Positions 1-12,485 of a DNA stretch of 64,000 bases are shown piece after piece. The notes beneath the pieces are model-generated. The model had not been told where the DNA came from, ran no database searches, and saw nothing but the letters and a program-made list of their open reading frames with translations. The translations under genes were made by a program, and so were the position numbers. Location of the stretch: assembly GCA_030295235.1 (NCBI GenBank), contig AP026162.1:2542001-2606000 (forward strand). Reading direction: 5' to 3'. How positions within the stretch are numbered: the stretch's first letter is position 1; the number at the start of each line of letters is the position of its first letter. This DNA comes from Fistulifera solaris. Its lineage: Eukaryota.

Positions 1-315
1 TACCCCACGGAGCAGCAGCGTATGCAACAGCAGCAGTACTACGCTTGGTATCAGCAACAGCAGCAGGCGTTCATGCAGTACATGATGACCCAACAAAAGG
101 GTGGCGAAGACGGCGAAGGCAAGAAGGACGATGCCCAAGCGATCATGATGAACCCCTACGCTTTCCAGCAGCAGTTTTATGCTTGGCAGCAGATGCAAAT
201 GGCGAGTCCTAACGGGATGACCTCGGAAAAAGGTGAAGAAAAGGAAGGGGAAAAGATTGAGGGGAATGACGAAGACCTAATTGAGTCCAAAGATGTGGAT
301 AAGGAAGAAATCTAA
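1..315 (+). CDS. 3' end of a Gln/Tyr-rich low-complexity protein (5' part outside window)
   Basis: Open frame from window edge with QQQQYYAWYQQQ repeats and an acidic tail; stop at 313-315. Confidence 0.6.
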   Translation, partial: YPTEQQRMQQQQYYAWYQQQQQAFMQYMMTQQKGGEDGEGKKDDAQAIMMNPYAFQQQFYAWQQMQMASPNGMTSEKGEEKEGEKIEGNDEDLIESKDVDKEEI

Positions 316-865
316 TAGAGATTGCGAGAGCCCATCTCTGTCGTCAACTGAAGAAAGGACCATATTAAAAAGACAGTTTATATTAGCAATGGTTGTTGAA
401 TCTAAACTAGATTTACGGGCGTTAGAATGATAGAACGATAAATGGAAGATAAAAGAAGACGCCTTAGTCTAAACACTACGCTTGCCCAGCCAAGAGGAAC
501 AAGAAAAGCAAGTTACCGTAGTTTCATACTCTGCGAAACTACAACTATAGACCTAGCTAGACCTAGTTTTCATTGTGCCGATGTATTATTTTTTCATCAT
601 TACTTTAGTCATAACCGGTAAGACTGTTGAAATATTTCTTCGTTAACCTTACTGCACATCGTTAACCGTTATCGTCGGAGGGAGTCGACTGTTCAGTGTC
701 AACCGCATACCAGTAGTCTATCTCATCGAGAAAAAAACCGAGATTGGAATGCAATTGCATCCATTTCTTCGAGATTTCCAAAGCATCAAGCATCGCTCCT
801 TCTTCTCTGAAGAGCTCATAAATTTGCAATTACAAAACAGCTTTTACCAGCGAACTAGCGCAAAC

Positions 866-2694
866 ATGGCCGAGTCGGATCCAGAAATAAACAATCGCGC
901 AATGTCCTGTTCAGACGACGGAAGTGAAGATCCGAACAACGCTGCGCCTCCTGGGCGCCCGCTTCGACATGTCGATTCTCTCGGTCGAGTCTTTTATCAC
1001 TCCAACAATCCTATGATGTATTCTGTGATTTTAATTCTGCTGGTTGAGTGGTTTGAGCGATTCAGCTACTACGGTGTTGCCTACACACAAACACTGTATC
1101 TGACCGGCGCCTACGATAAAGACTGGAATGCGGGATTGTCTGCCGTTGAGGCATCGTCGTTGGTCAGCTTAAGTACTGCTATGGCCTACACAACAACCTT
1201 TATAGGTGCTCTCCTTGCTGATAGTTTACTTGGGGACTACATGACGATTCTAGTGGGCTGCATCGTATTCTACTTGCCATCTCTCGCGCTGATAACGCTT
1301 ACAACAATCCCTTCATGGCTGGGCGACACATTCCCAACAAAGTACTTAGCATTTGCTATTTTATTATGGTGGCCAGCAGGTACCGGAATTGTAAAATCAT
1401 GCATCAATGTCTTCGGAGCAAAACAGTTTCATCCCCTTTGCAGTCCCAGTTGATTGAACAATATTATGTTCAGTACTATATGTGCATCAATGTCGGCAGT
1501 TTGCTGGGGATTCTTATCATTCCCATCATCGCTCAACGCAGCATAACGCAGGCGTATCTAGTTCCGTGCTCCTTACTTTGTTTAGGGATTATGATCTTTG
1601 TTTCTGGAAGTTCACGATATGTCAAGGTTCCCCCGAAAGGTGAATTGTGTGGGAAAAAGTCGTCGCGAGGGAGTGGGGACGTCGGTTTGCTCAAACTCTT
1701 TCGTATCACTGTATTGATTGTACCTTTCTGTATGGCCTACTCGCAGATGCCAACGACATTCATCATTCAAGGAAGCGTCTTACGGAGGGCGTGTGGGGTG
1801 ATAGATGCTGCATCGTTGAATAGCTCGGATGCAGCGAGCGTTCTTGTCTTTGGTTACATCACCGGCAGTATTATCTACCCTGCTTTGGCTGAACGAAATA
1901 TGAAAATCCCAACCACCTATAAGTTCGCCATTGGATCCGCCCTCGGTGCGCTCGCTATACTTTGGGCGCTATTTGTGGAGTATCGCATGCATACAGTTTA
2001 CGCGGCCACGGGCGAATCCATCAGCGTTTTATGGCAGACTCCGTGCTATATTTTGATAGGTTGGGGTGAAATATTTGCCGTTAGCAGTGCTTATGAGGTC
2101 GCCTTCACTGCCTCGCCTCCCTCACAGAAAGTCCTGGCAAGCGCTCTGAATATCTTTTGCATCGGCGGTATTCCAAACGTTCTCTGCATCGGTCTTTACC
2201 GTGTATGCAGTCAGTGGTTTATGAACAGCTCGGGGAAAGCCAACTTGAACACAATAGAAGATTATGTGGAAGCGCATGTCTACAAGTACTTCGTGGTTCT
2301 GTTCGTCATCTTATTGTTTGGCATTGTTGTCAACATAATGCCGGGAGTCCGAGGATACGTCGAGAGCATGGAAGATCAAGCAGCAGAATTGTTGAAAACA
2401 CCAATGATTACCAAACGAACAGCAGGGGAACAGTCTCCGCTGCTTCCTAAACATTTACAACAACAGTCGCCGTTGCTGTATCGCACTAGTTCGATGCGTG
2501 TGGGTCCACCATCCTTGCATCCGCACCGACACCAAATGCAAGAAAAGTTTGAAAAGCGCCTACAGAAATACTTACCGTTTATGAAAAACGGTGTCTTTCG
2601 AGCTAAACAACCTGTCCAGCAAGCTATCTTGATGGCGCGGGCTCATGATGATCGTTGTTCGCAACAGGATTTGAAGCATCAAGAGACATTATAG
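866..2694 (+). CDS. POT/PTR (NPF) family proton-dependent oligopeptide/nitrate transporter
   Basis: EWFERFSYYG (ExxERFxYYG), GALLADSLLG, GTGIVKSCINVFGAKQF, YMCINVGSL motifs; ORFs 749-1453 and 1315-2694 joined by a frameshift near 1440. Confidence 0.93.
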
Positions 2695-2828
2695 ATTGAA
2701 TATATGTTGTATAATCATGTTTTTAATCTAATACGGATGATTCTTTTCAATTGGGAAAAATGACAGTGTAGCTAGTACAAGCACGACTAACTTATGCAGC
2801 AAATGCGATGTTACAATCACAATCACTT

Positions 2829-4755
2829 TCACTGAAGGTTGAAAGTTTCCATATGCAGCTGCTCCGCCGCTTCTACCTGAGCAACAGCTAAGGTGCGCAT
2901 GCTACATAATTCCTTAATTTCCTCAGGAGCTCGACAGTTCTTCAAAGCATCATCGTATAAATCAATAACTTTACGAGCAGCATCCAGGTTGGCGGCAGTG
3001 CCCAATTTTAGTTGTCCGAGTTGAATATAGGCAGGTGCGAATTGTGGATCGGCAGAAATTGCCTTTTCCAAGAGCTCCATCACCAATGCTGCATCTGGAG
3101 TTTGACCAGGGGGTGGTGGTGTATTCAATACGGCCATAGCTGCGTTGACATAGGGCGTAGGATTTGAAGGATCAAGTCTGCATGCTTTATCAAACTCTTC
3201 TTTCGCGGCAGCCATATCCCCCGATGAAAAGTAAAGCTCACCTCGGTAGGTTGCAACCTCTGATGAACTAGGTTCAGCCTGTTGTGCTAGATCCACTTGT
3301 TGTTTGGCACCATCTAAATCATTCAACGCCAAAAGAACGGATGCTAGTCGAAGTCGAGCCGTAGTGTAATTAGGGCGAAGTTTCAAGCATGCTTCGAGGT
3401 CTTTCTTTGCTTCAGCCGCATTTTGCTGGAGCATTCTCAAGTTCGAGCGATGAAGCAAGGCATCGACTGCACTTGGGTCTAATCCCAAAGCCGTGTCAAA
3501 CAATTTCAATGCCTCTTCCTGCCGTCCTGCATCCATTTGTACCCCAGCTTGTTTCACCAGCACAAGAACGTTTGTAGGCTCGAGATCGGCACACTTTTGA
3601 TAGCACGATATAGCAGAATCCAACTTGTAACGAAAATGTCGCGTCATTCCAGTCCACTCTAGTAATTTGGCGTACGAGCTCATTTCTTCCTGAACAATTT
3701 CACTTTTGGACGCAATCTCATAAGCTGCTTCGAAGTCTTTGCCAGCATCGGCAAAATTGCGGTGATACATATGACGACAGCCTCGATTCAATAACAAATC
3801 GGCTTTTTCCGTGTCGCTAACGGTCTGCGATAGCTGAGAGGTCAGCGAATCAACACTTCCACTTTGAGCTGCGGCTGACATCCAAGAGTTATAATCCGTA
3901 AAGCTCTTGAGCAGTTGCAGTATCGTGAATGCCGAAGGAAGTGGTCGTTCCTCTCCTTCTCCCTGTTTCGTGTACTCAGCGACTTGGAGCGGAATAATTT
4001 GCCCTAGCAATTCTTCCATTTTAGAGGGAGGTACGGGCGGAGACGGAAGTGGCATTCCTCGTCGCATTATTTCACGATTTTGTTGCATAAAGATGAGTTG
4101 CATGGCGCAGACTTCTACGAGAGCAGCATGATAATCCTTCATTCCTTCCAAAATGCGAAGTTTGCGGGTGCGAGCTTTCGAATGGGTTAACTCGAGTTCA
4201 AGAATAGCCTGGCAGTCCTGCAAGGATAGTTCAGGCAAGTTTCCTTTCTCATACATGGCGGAGCGGTTGTTGAGAAGAGTGATATTTTGGCGTAAGAGAG
4301 AAGAGGTTCGCTCTCCCTGACCATCAATTAATTCAAGCGCCTGAGTGAAAATTTCGGCCGCTTCCAAGTACTATGGTTATTGTGCGCGACTTATGAGCAA
4401 GTTTCTAGAAAATGTATGAAGCAGGCTTGCCTCAATTACTTACCTTTTTCGCTTTAAATAGAGCTTTCCCTTGTTTGTCGAGATCTTCGATACGCGCGTG
4501 AAGCGTTTTTTCATCACTGTCTACCGTATCTTTCGGCTGCGGTGTCGGTTCTGCTGTTGTTGCAGGTGTCACTTTACGTTCGACATCCTCATCGTCAATG
4601 TCGAGCTTCTTGATCGTTGGTTCTGCTTTGGTCGTTCCTTGTTTTTCCTTGGGCTGCTGCGAATACAAATAGTAGTAACATGCCAAACTCGCTACGGCTG
4701 CCGTGGCGAGACCAATGGCTATAAACTGATTTTGATGATTCTGGGACCGAGCCAT
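2829..4755 (-). CDS. TOM70: Tom70-like TPR mitochondrial import receptor
   Basis: N-terminal TM anchor (FIAIGLATAAVASLACYYYL), TPR clamp (KQGKALFK..., LNNRSAMY), many C-terminal TPRs; GT-AG intron 4371-4443. Confidence 0.75.
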
Positions 4756-5151
4756 GATATAACTTTGTTTGCAACTTTTAGTTGAAAGAAAATAGGAACA
4801 CTTCTATGCTTTCAAAGGAAACAATAAATCATCGGATGTCCGTTTCCCTTTTTTTCATTGTCATTCATCTTTTTACGCGTAGCTCCACGTGACGTGTGAA
4901 TGTAGATGCTGCGGAAGACGGACGGGCGGTTCCCCGCGAAATATAGCAAGCATAGCGCACAGGCGAAAAGTTACAACCTTAGCTAAATTTGGTCCTTGCA
5001 CACCTTCTACATAGCCTACACAACAGCTCTAGATTAGCCATGATTTCACTAATTTCTCCTTTTTACAGCGTTATATTCTTTGAAAGAAAGGCGCTTGTCG
5101 CCTTTCAATGATTTTTACAACGTTTTATCTTCTTTACGGTTAGGCAATTAG

Positions 5152-6347
5152 TCATTCTCGAGCCAATGCACAACTAAATATTACCAATTCATAGCAGGGC
5201 CGAGCAAATAGCTGAGCATGAAAGGAAAATTTTGGTGAGAATATGTTGGTAATGTAGGAAGTCGACCGTTCATCTAACTTACAGACAGTGATAGTCACTC
5301 CGAGAATATCCATGATCACTTGGATCGTGGTCGAACTGTGGGCTGGATCTATGCGTAGAAGCTTCAATCCCATCGGTAACAAGCTTCCAAGAACCGTACT
5401 GATCCACACAATCGAAAATAAGCTACACGTAATAGCCAAAGTCTCCTTCCAAGGGATGGCAAAGACTGCCACGCGCACGCAACCAGCTACTGCCAATATT
5501 CCGGATATGGCGAGACCTATTTTGAGTTCTTCCTTCCAAAAGTCGAGAAAAGACTCGGAACGTATAGTTCCAACCGCTAGTCCCCGAATGACTGTGATTT
5601 GAAAAGAGTAGCCGATGAGTAAAAACAAAGACGCAAAAGTTCCCTGCCTCGAGAGCTTTATTCAAACGCACCTTTTACCGTCGCCTGATTGCCGGCGTTG
5701 CCGCCAGCCCCAACCAGCATGGTCAAGAAACGAATGATTACCGCGTGATCTTCGAGTAAGATCTCGTTGCGCTGAATAATGAACGACGAAAGAGACTGCA
5801 AGACCAGCAATCCCGCCAACCAACCGGCTCGGTCCATGACTACCGAAAGAAAGGACGGCGCTTCGCATACAATGATTTCATTCTCCTGCGGTGTTGGTTC
5901 CTGACTTTCCAGCTGATCGTCCGCGCTGCTGTCCGATTGCTTAGATACGAGAGCATCCTTGGGACTGGTTTGGTTGGGATCTTTCAAAAGACTCACAAAT
6001 TCGTGCGGGTGTCGGCGATGGTGCAACCCACTGACGCTGGGATGACGATCCTTTGTGGTAGGTGAACGAAGTTCGAGATCCCCCGTGGGATTCTGTACAT
6101 CATTCAACCTTGCGGGTCTCGATGTTAGCGAGTGACTGCGACGTTCTCTCGAATTCTGACTTTGAGTTGAATGTTCGTCTTGCAATCGCTTCAATCGGGC
6201 TACTTCGGTGCGCAATCGATGGATTTCAGCTTTCATGTGGAGCATGGAATTCGCGTCGTCGGCGAGCTTCGCGTAGTCGTGTTTGTCGTCACGGGCCTTC
6301 TTCGCTGTAGCAGCCGCAGATTCTTTCGAATGTTTCATCGTTTCCAT
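5152..6347 (-). CDS. MgtE/SLC41-type divalent cation transporter with N-terminal coiled coil
   Basis: RAGWL..LL, MLVGAGGNAGNQ, IRGLAVG, DPAHSSTTIQVIMDILG motifs; introns near 5593-5670 and near 5283; 3' end approximate. Confidence 0.85.
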
Positions 6348-6853
6348 TCGCTTTCAATAGCCATCAATTTATTGCAATCGCCGGGGAAGATCCTTGTATC
6401 TTATTCACATGTAAGATGGACTATGAGTTATTGCTGTGCTATGCATCATCGATCATCGTCAACGACGATGGTGCTGCTTTTTTGTGAGATGCTGCGGAAA
6501 TTATTTTTGACGGTCAACTGTTTCTACTATAGCCCTGTAACCTGGTATGTCTGCCGTCGTCTCTATCGTGCGTCTCGTGTCTCGTGCTCGTGGCGTGTGT
6601 CTTTTGTCTTGTGTCCTGTGCGCATGTCACGTGCTCTCGTCCGCAATCAAATTTTGCACGATCGAAGGACGTACATTATCTTTAACCTTAGTTTGCAAGG
6701 TGATGACACTTATTGCGCCTTGCTCTTGCTCCTTCCTTTTGCCCATGAATCTAAAAGGTGTAAACCCTGGGTTGGGCATATGGCCGAAATGTCGCATCAG
6801 ACATCCACGCGCCTCCTACTGTGTCTTAGTGTACTGCGCTGCTGGCACAAAAA

Positions 6854-7058
6854 TTCACCGCGTAACATCACGGCAAAACGTTGATTTTAGCGTTCTTATA
6901 AATAAATATATACATGGTGCGAATGGATGCAAACACCTCGATATTATTTCATGTATTTTATTGAATCGATTCAAAGTGTTTGCATCCATTCGGACCATGA
7001 TTTCACATTTTTATTGACACGCTAAGATCTGAATTTTACCGCGATGTTACGCGGTGAA
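6854..7058. repeat. Imperfect long inverted repeat (foldback/MITE-like)
   Basis: 6854-6936 aligns to the reverse complement of 6976-7058 without gaps (about 64/83 identical by eye), with a 39-nt spacer. Confidence 0.8.
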
Positions 7059-7386
7059 AAATTCTCATGAAAAAAAGCAATGACAGACCGTGTACATAAT
7101 GAGCTTATATGACAAAATCTATGTCACACTGAGACGCGTTAATCCGTGTTCCTACTATTTTTGTATCGCGACGGACTTGTACGAAGTACGAAGAACCCAG
7201 GGATTACCGTTTAGATTCATGTTTTGCCCGCCGCGGCGCGGCGTTGATTTTTGCTCGACGATGAGAAAAAAAGGGGACGGCAATTCAGTGATTTTCTCGT
7301 CTATTTGTTTACATTTCCTAACGCCACGCTTCATTTCGTGCTTATCGATTATAATCGGGTTTTGTATAGCGTTAAAAAGCAGCAAC

Positions 7387-8805
7387 ATGTCACGCCTTTT
7401 GTTTTTGAGAAGAATTGTTACGCATGGCAGTCGTCGAGGGTACTCCAGCACTCTCTTGTTGCGCAAGGAATATCCCCCGCATACTCTTTACCCCATGCCG
7501 GCATTAAGTCCCACCATGGAGACGGGGACGATCAGTGCTTGGTCCAAAGGTGTCGGTGACGAATTTGCAGCGGGTGATTCACTCTGTACCATCGAAACCG
7601 ATAAGGCTGCCGTCGACTTTGAAGCGCAAGACGACGGTATTATTGCGAAAATTCTAAGAGAAGGCGCCAACGCTATCGATATGCCCGTTGGAACACCGAT
7701 TTGTGTTGTTGTAGATGATGCGAGTGATGTTGCGGCGTTTGCTGATTTTCAAATCGGAGGGATCTTAGAGCCTCCCCAGGAAGCGGTGTCGGCTTCAGTG
7801 TCTTCCACAGCAGAGTCAACCCCTGTCGCTGCCACTGGTTCTTCTATTTTGTTTCCCTCGGCACGACATTTAGCGGAGTCGAATGGTCTAGATGCAACCG
7901 GACTTGCGGGGTCTGGAAAAGGGGGCCGCGTTACCAAAGGAGATGTTTTGCAAGCCATGGCGGCTGGGTCGCTTCCAAAGCTAGTCAAAGCGGCAGCACC
8001 AACCGTATCCGCACCTGCAGCATTGAGCGCCCCGGCACCTTCCGTAGCTGTAGCACCGCCAAAACCAATGACATTGGCCGATTTAATCCTTCCCACAGTT
8101 GAGACGGGAATAGAAGAAGATATCCCCAACACCAAGATGAGAAAAATCATTGCACAGCGTTTAACGGAGTCGAAACGAGAAGTCCCTCATTTTTACACAA
8201 CACACGAAGTGGAACTGGATGCGATCATGAAACTTCGAAAGAAGCTAGCGAACGATCACGAAATAAAAATCTCGGTGAATGACTTTGTTTTAAAGTGCTC
8301 GGCTATGGCATTGCGGGATGTTCCTCGCGTCAATGCACAATACAAGAGCGACACGGTGACGTACCTGGACAGTATTGATATCAGCGTCGCGGTTGCGACG
8401 CCCACCGGACTCATTACCCCGATTTTGTTCGGTGCCGACAAATTGGGACTCTCACAAGTCACCAGTACAGTCCTCGACTTGGCCACGCGAGCCAGGGATG
8501 GCAAGTTAGCTCCCCAAGAGTATCAAGGAGGAAGTTTCAGTGTCAGCAATTTGGGTATGTTTGGTATACGCGAATTCTCTGCAGTCATTAATCCGCCGCA
8601 AGCTGCCATCTTGGCGGTCGGTGGTGGCGCGAAGCAATTCGTCGTTCGACGGGGCCCAGAGGGTGAAAAGTTACCGCCGGGAGTAGCGATGAGAATGACG
8701 GCGTGCTTGTCGGCAGATCGACGAGTGGTAGATGAAGCGACAGCGGGATTATTTATGGCGGCTTTTCGAGAATATATGAACAAACCGGAGTTGCTGCTTC
8801 TGTAG
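7387..8805 (+). CDS. Mitochondrial pyruvate dehydrogenase E2-like / E3-binding protein (PDHX-like)
   Basis: Presequence, lipoyl domain (MPALSPTM...IETDKA), subunit-binding domain (GSGKGGRVTKGDV), acyltransferase core; catalytic motif reads DRRVVDE instead of DHRxxDG. Confidence 0.9.
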   Translation: MSRLLFLRRIVTHGSRRGYSSTLLLRKEYPPHTLYPMPALSPTMETGTISAWSKGVGDEFAAGDSLCTIETDKAAVDFEAQDDGIIAKILREGANAIDMPVGTPICVVVDDASDVAAFADFQIGGILEPPQEAVSASVSSTAESTPVAATGSSILFPSARHLAESNGLDATGLAGSGKGGRVTKGDVLQAMAAGSLPKLVKAAAPTVSAPAALSAPAPSVAVAPPKPMTLADLILPTVETGIEEDIPNTKMRKIIAQRLTESKREVPHFYTTHEVELDAIMKLRKKLANDHEIKISVNDFVLKCSAMALRDVPRVNAQYKSDTVTYLDSIDISVAVATPTGLITPILFGADKLGLSQVTSTVLDLATRARDGKLAPQEYQGGSFSVSNLGMFGIREFSAVINPPQAAILAVGGGAKQFVVRRGPEGEKLPPGVAMRMTACLSADRRVVDEATAGLFMAAFREYMNKPELLLL

Positions 8806-8978
8806 TTTGTATACGAAATAAATGTGTTTTCAATACGCTGCTATAAAGTCATGAATTGTTTCGTTAGCGCATGGCGTTTGTGGGCCTTGAATTCACGTTC
8901 TCCACTCCTGCGTAAATGATAACTACAGAAATTTAGATTCAGTGCTTCGCAAGCTCACATTTATTACATTAAAACCCA

Positions 8979-10021
8979 TCAAAGAACCCCGTATTCATTT
9001 GTTTCCAATTTGGCCATGCTTTCATCCATTGTGGCGGTGGGAGGTGGTTGTCGTGTGGGTGATTCTGGAAGAGGCTGCGGTGGCGCGACTGCTACCGGTG
9101 CTGCTGGGACCACCAGCGTGGGGGCGGGCGCTGCTACAACAGGGGCGGGCGACGGTGGCGGGACTTCTACAGTATCAAACTCAGCTGCTGCTGTTCCTCC
9201 AACAGAAAGCTTGTTAACTCGCAATTTAGTGGAAGTCGCAGGTTTCTTTTTGAGCAAATTCTTGCTGTTTGTGGAAGCACCCGAAGACAGTTTTCGTAAG
9301 ACTAGCTTAGGTCCATTCCCACTACTCGGTGGAGTTTCGAGACGACCCTTGGCATTGGGATTTTGCGACGCCAACGTTGCAACTGGCTTGGCTTCTTCCA
9401 ACGGCTTGATGGCGGCAGCTATTGCTTGCGGTTGATCCACTAGTGCTAAATTTTGGAGCGCTTCCGCCGCCTCCGCTTCCGCATCCGTTTCACCCCGGTG
9501 CGCCGCCACCAACTTACTCAACTCTACCTTGTACATTTGCGCCGCTTTCGATTTGTATTTCTTCTCAACTTTTCCGTGGAAATCAGTGAAACCGTGTTTT
9601 TGAAAGTACTCACGCGCATTTTTGTTGCCGCCCAATCGCATCGCATCAATTTGTCCCTGTGTCCATTCATCCAGATCTACCGCACGGACAAAGGTAATGT
9701 GTACGCCCATAGAGCGATGTGTCGCCGAGCAGTCTAAGCACAGAAAGACACCTGTGATGAACAAAAATTTAATGCACAGTGAGACGACAAATAAATATTG
9801 ATCTTAATCGGTCTTGTTCTTTCATAAAGCTCACCATACGTGACCGAAGCCCAAGTGGGTCTGGTCGCTGGACAGTCAAAACACACTTGGTTCGCACTGA
9901 TAGCTTTTAGTTTTTTGAATTGAGCATTCTTATCCGCAGTCGGAATGCAAACCTGTCCTCGACCTGCGGCAGTGACGGTTCCGTCCTCTCGCAAATTACC
10001 GGATACGGGTGGCTGTGACAT
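8979..10021 (-). CDS. ArfGAP (ArfGAP2/3, Glo3-like)
   Basis: CFDC-x16-CLDC zinc finger, [12 protein letters not shown]; intron 9752-9834; 3' end approximate. Confidence 0.92.
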
Positions 10022-10479
10022 GATTGCTATGTTGGGTTTCTGTTTTCCCTATGTTTCAGCAATATCTGTATGAGAACGAGGAATCCTTTTGCGGTGTGAA
10101 GTGAGCGAAAGGATAGAAAGGGATCGTAACTATTATGACTTTGTTGCGATGCAATAAAATGCCAACACCCGTCGATGCGATCGCTGCTTTTTTCTCCGCG
10201 AGTGAGTATCGACTAACTGTCGACGACCCGCCGTCTGTCGAGAACCCGCTACCGTTCAGTCCTGAGTCAACAGGGACTCACAACCGACCGTACGTCAGCG
10301 TCGTCTGAGAGGAAATTTCACCGCACTTAGGGTCTACCGTAGTATCATTTATCAAGGAAAGTCAAACGCATTTCTCCCTCACAATCTGAACATTGGCATA
10401 ACTATTTCAATTGCAGTTGATTTGAAACATCCCAAAGCACCATACACCCTTAGCCGATCAGTTCAACACCCAATCCGTC

Positions 10480-11392
10480 ATGTTTTATCGATTTACTTTA
10501 TATTCCGCAATGGGCATGCTCGTTTTCGCTCCCTCCCATCACGCCTTCACTTTATCTCCTCCTCCACCGCCACGTTTCGCAACAACTCTTAATATGTCTT
10601 CCCGATCCAGACTTCAAGGAAACCAAAGAGAACCTACACAACAAGAAATCGCTATTATGGATGAAATGATTGACAAGTTAGCCAACGCCAAGCCGTACGA
10701 ATTACCGAATGCCGTTCGACGGGCCTTTCGTGTCGTTTCCAGTCCCCAATTCTTTTGCGCATTGCCAGTCGTACCGATACTGCGGCCAGTACCGAAGAAA
10801 AGAAAAAATTGGCCGCCTTGGCGTCCAATTTGGTGAGCACACTCGATGTCGTCGTCGAAACGACGGAAGAACAACTCGATGAACGGGCGGCGCAAGTACA
10901 AAAGTCGTGGCGGCAGCCGCCGAACCCGACAGTGGGGAATTCTTGGTTCCCTTGTTGCCGGAGCGCTTGCAATCGATGCGGGCGGAATTGAAAAAAATTA
11001 GAAGAGGCCTATTTGGATGAAGGGTTTTTGAGCACTTTGGATGCTTGGATGAACAAGAGTCAACAGGACGGGATGGACTTGATGGTCGGAATTTTGCAGA
11101 AGGTCTTGCAGATGTACGCTGGCTTACAAATTGCTCGTTCGCGCGAACGAAAAATGGACTTTGACAAAGACGATGCGGCCGAACAGCTTCTAACCAATCT
11201 CTTGGAACAAGATGCTGATGAATGGGACAGTACCATCCGAGCTTCGTCGGCATCGTCAGCGGACTTGATGAAAGCCGTACAGCGTACTACGGAAAAGATT
11301 GTTTTGCAACTGGAAGCGGGGTCCATGTCGCAACGAGTGCAAGCGGAATACCTTCAAGAGCTAATGAAGCGTGTGGATGCTTCGAAAAATAA
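10480..11392 (+). CDS. Predicted plastid-targeted helical protein of unknown function
   Basis: Signal peptide followed by HHA-FTL and a Pro/Thr/Arg-rich transit peptide; three overlapping ORFs joined by frameshifts; end approximate. Confidence 0.65.
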
Positions 11393-11449
11393 TTTCCCCG
11401 TTATATTAATCATGAAAGTATCATCGCTAGTTTTACCAAAAACGCCGAT

Positions 11450-12485
11450 CTACCGGCCGAGACACTTGAGCGCGTGCTGCAGACGCTCCGCAGCGAGTTC
11501 GACGTCTTTGTCTTCCAAAGCTGCCATGGCGAAACGGGTCAATTCCGTAGCATCGGCGAGCTGTGCTTTCGACACGTTTCCGTGCGATTTGGATCCTTTG
11601 TTGCTTACAGTAAAAAAGACTACTCGGAGGAACGGGTGCTGGAATACGTCGCGGAGGGGGTGAAAATTTGGGAGGAGGCACAGGGTCTTCCGGCGGGGGT
11701 ACACTGAAAGTCATGGGTTCGTCTTTGTCGTCATCACTTGCTGGATAAGCGGGTGGTGGGGCCATCTCCTCGTCGTCACTTGGAGGAACGTAGGGCGGAG
11801 GCGGGGGTACAGGTGCGGGCACGATTCGCGTCGTCGGGGCGGCCGGAGGTACGAAAGGTGCTGCAGGAGGAAGTGCTTCGTGTCCATTAGTCTGCTCGTC
11901 AGTTTTATCAGCGGGTTTGCCTTCCTCATCTTCTGCTTCCTCCTCGCTTCCAGGCGCATCTTCGTCAGGATCATAAGCACCGGGTGTCGGTTCTCTTCCT
12001 TCTTTTAAGGCGTTCAATATATCGGTGGCCTTCCATTTCGCGTACAAAATTTTCTTCCGATCACGGGCTCGGTGGTCAGCAGACTCCGCAGCATCGGGCG
12101 AGTAGAATTGCTCCAAAATTTGCAAGAAAGTAGCCGCTGCATAAAATGTCTTTGCTGTATTCTTGTTGGCTTTCCCTTCTCGGTCTTCAAAGTCAGCCTT
12201 ATCAAAAATATCTGTCGCAAATTTTCGGCATAAGAACGCAGCCTCTTCTCTAGTAAATTGACTCATAGCTTCTTTTTCGCCTTCGAGCTGCTCCAAGAGA
12301 TGCCCTAAGCACGTTTTAGTACCAGCACTGCTACCCGCTAAAGGGATTCCGGTATGAACTGCATATTGACGGCAGTAGTAAGCCACGATCCGCGACTCCG
12401 GATTGACTTTGTCACGGTCCAACTCTTCCGCTCGACGTACGACCGGCTGGATTTTCTTTAATTCATCTGGAATTGCAAGCGGCAT
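11450..12485 (-). CDS. VTA1: Vta1/LIP5 ESCRT cofactor of Vps4
   Basis: N-terminal MIT domains (IVAYYCRQYA, KYAKWKA-like YAKWKATDI), Pro-rich linker, VSL domain (ELTRFAMAALEDKDV) reached after a frameshift at about 11600-11700. Confidence 0.9.

Noticed and set aside
6171..7017. Long ORFs 6171-6884 and 6547-7017
   Set aside because: Non-protein-like composition; they overlap the MgtE start, promoter and foldback repeat
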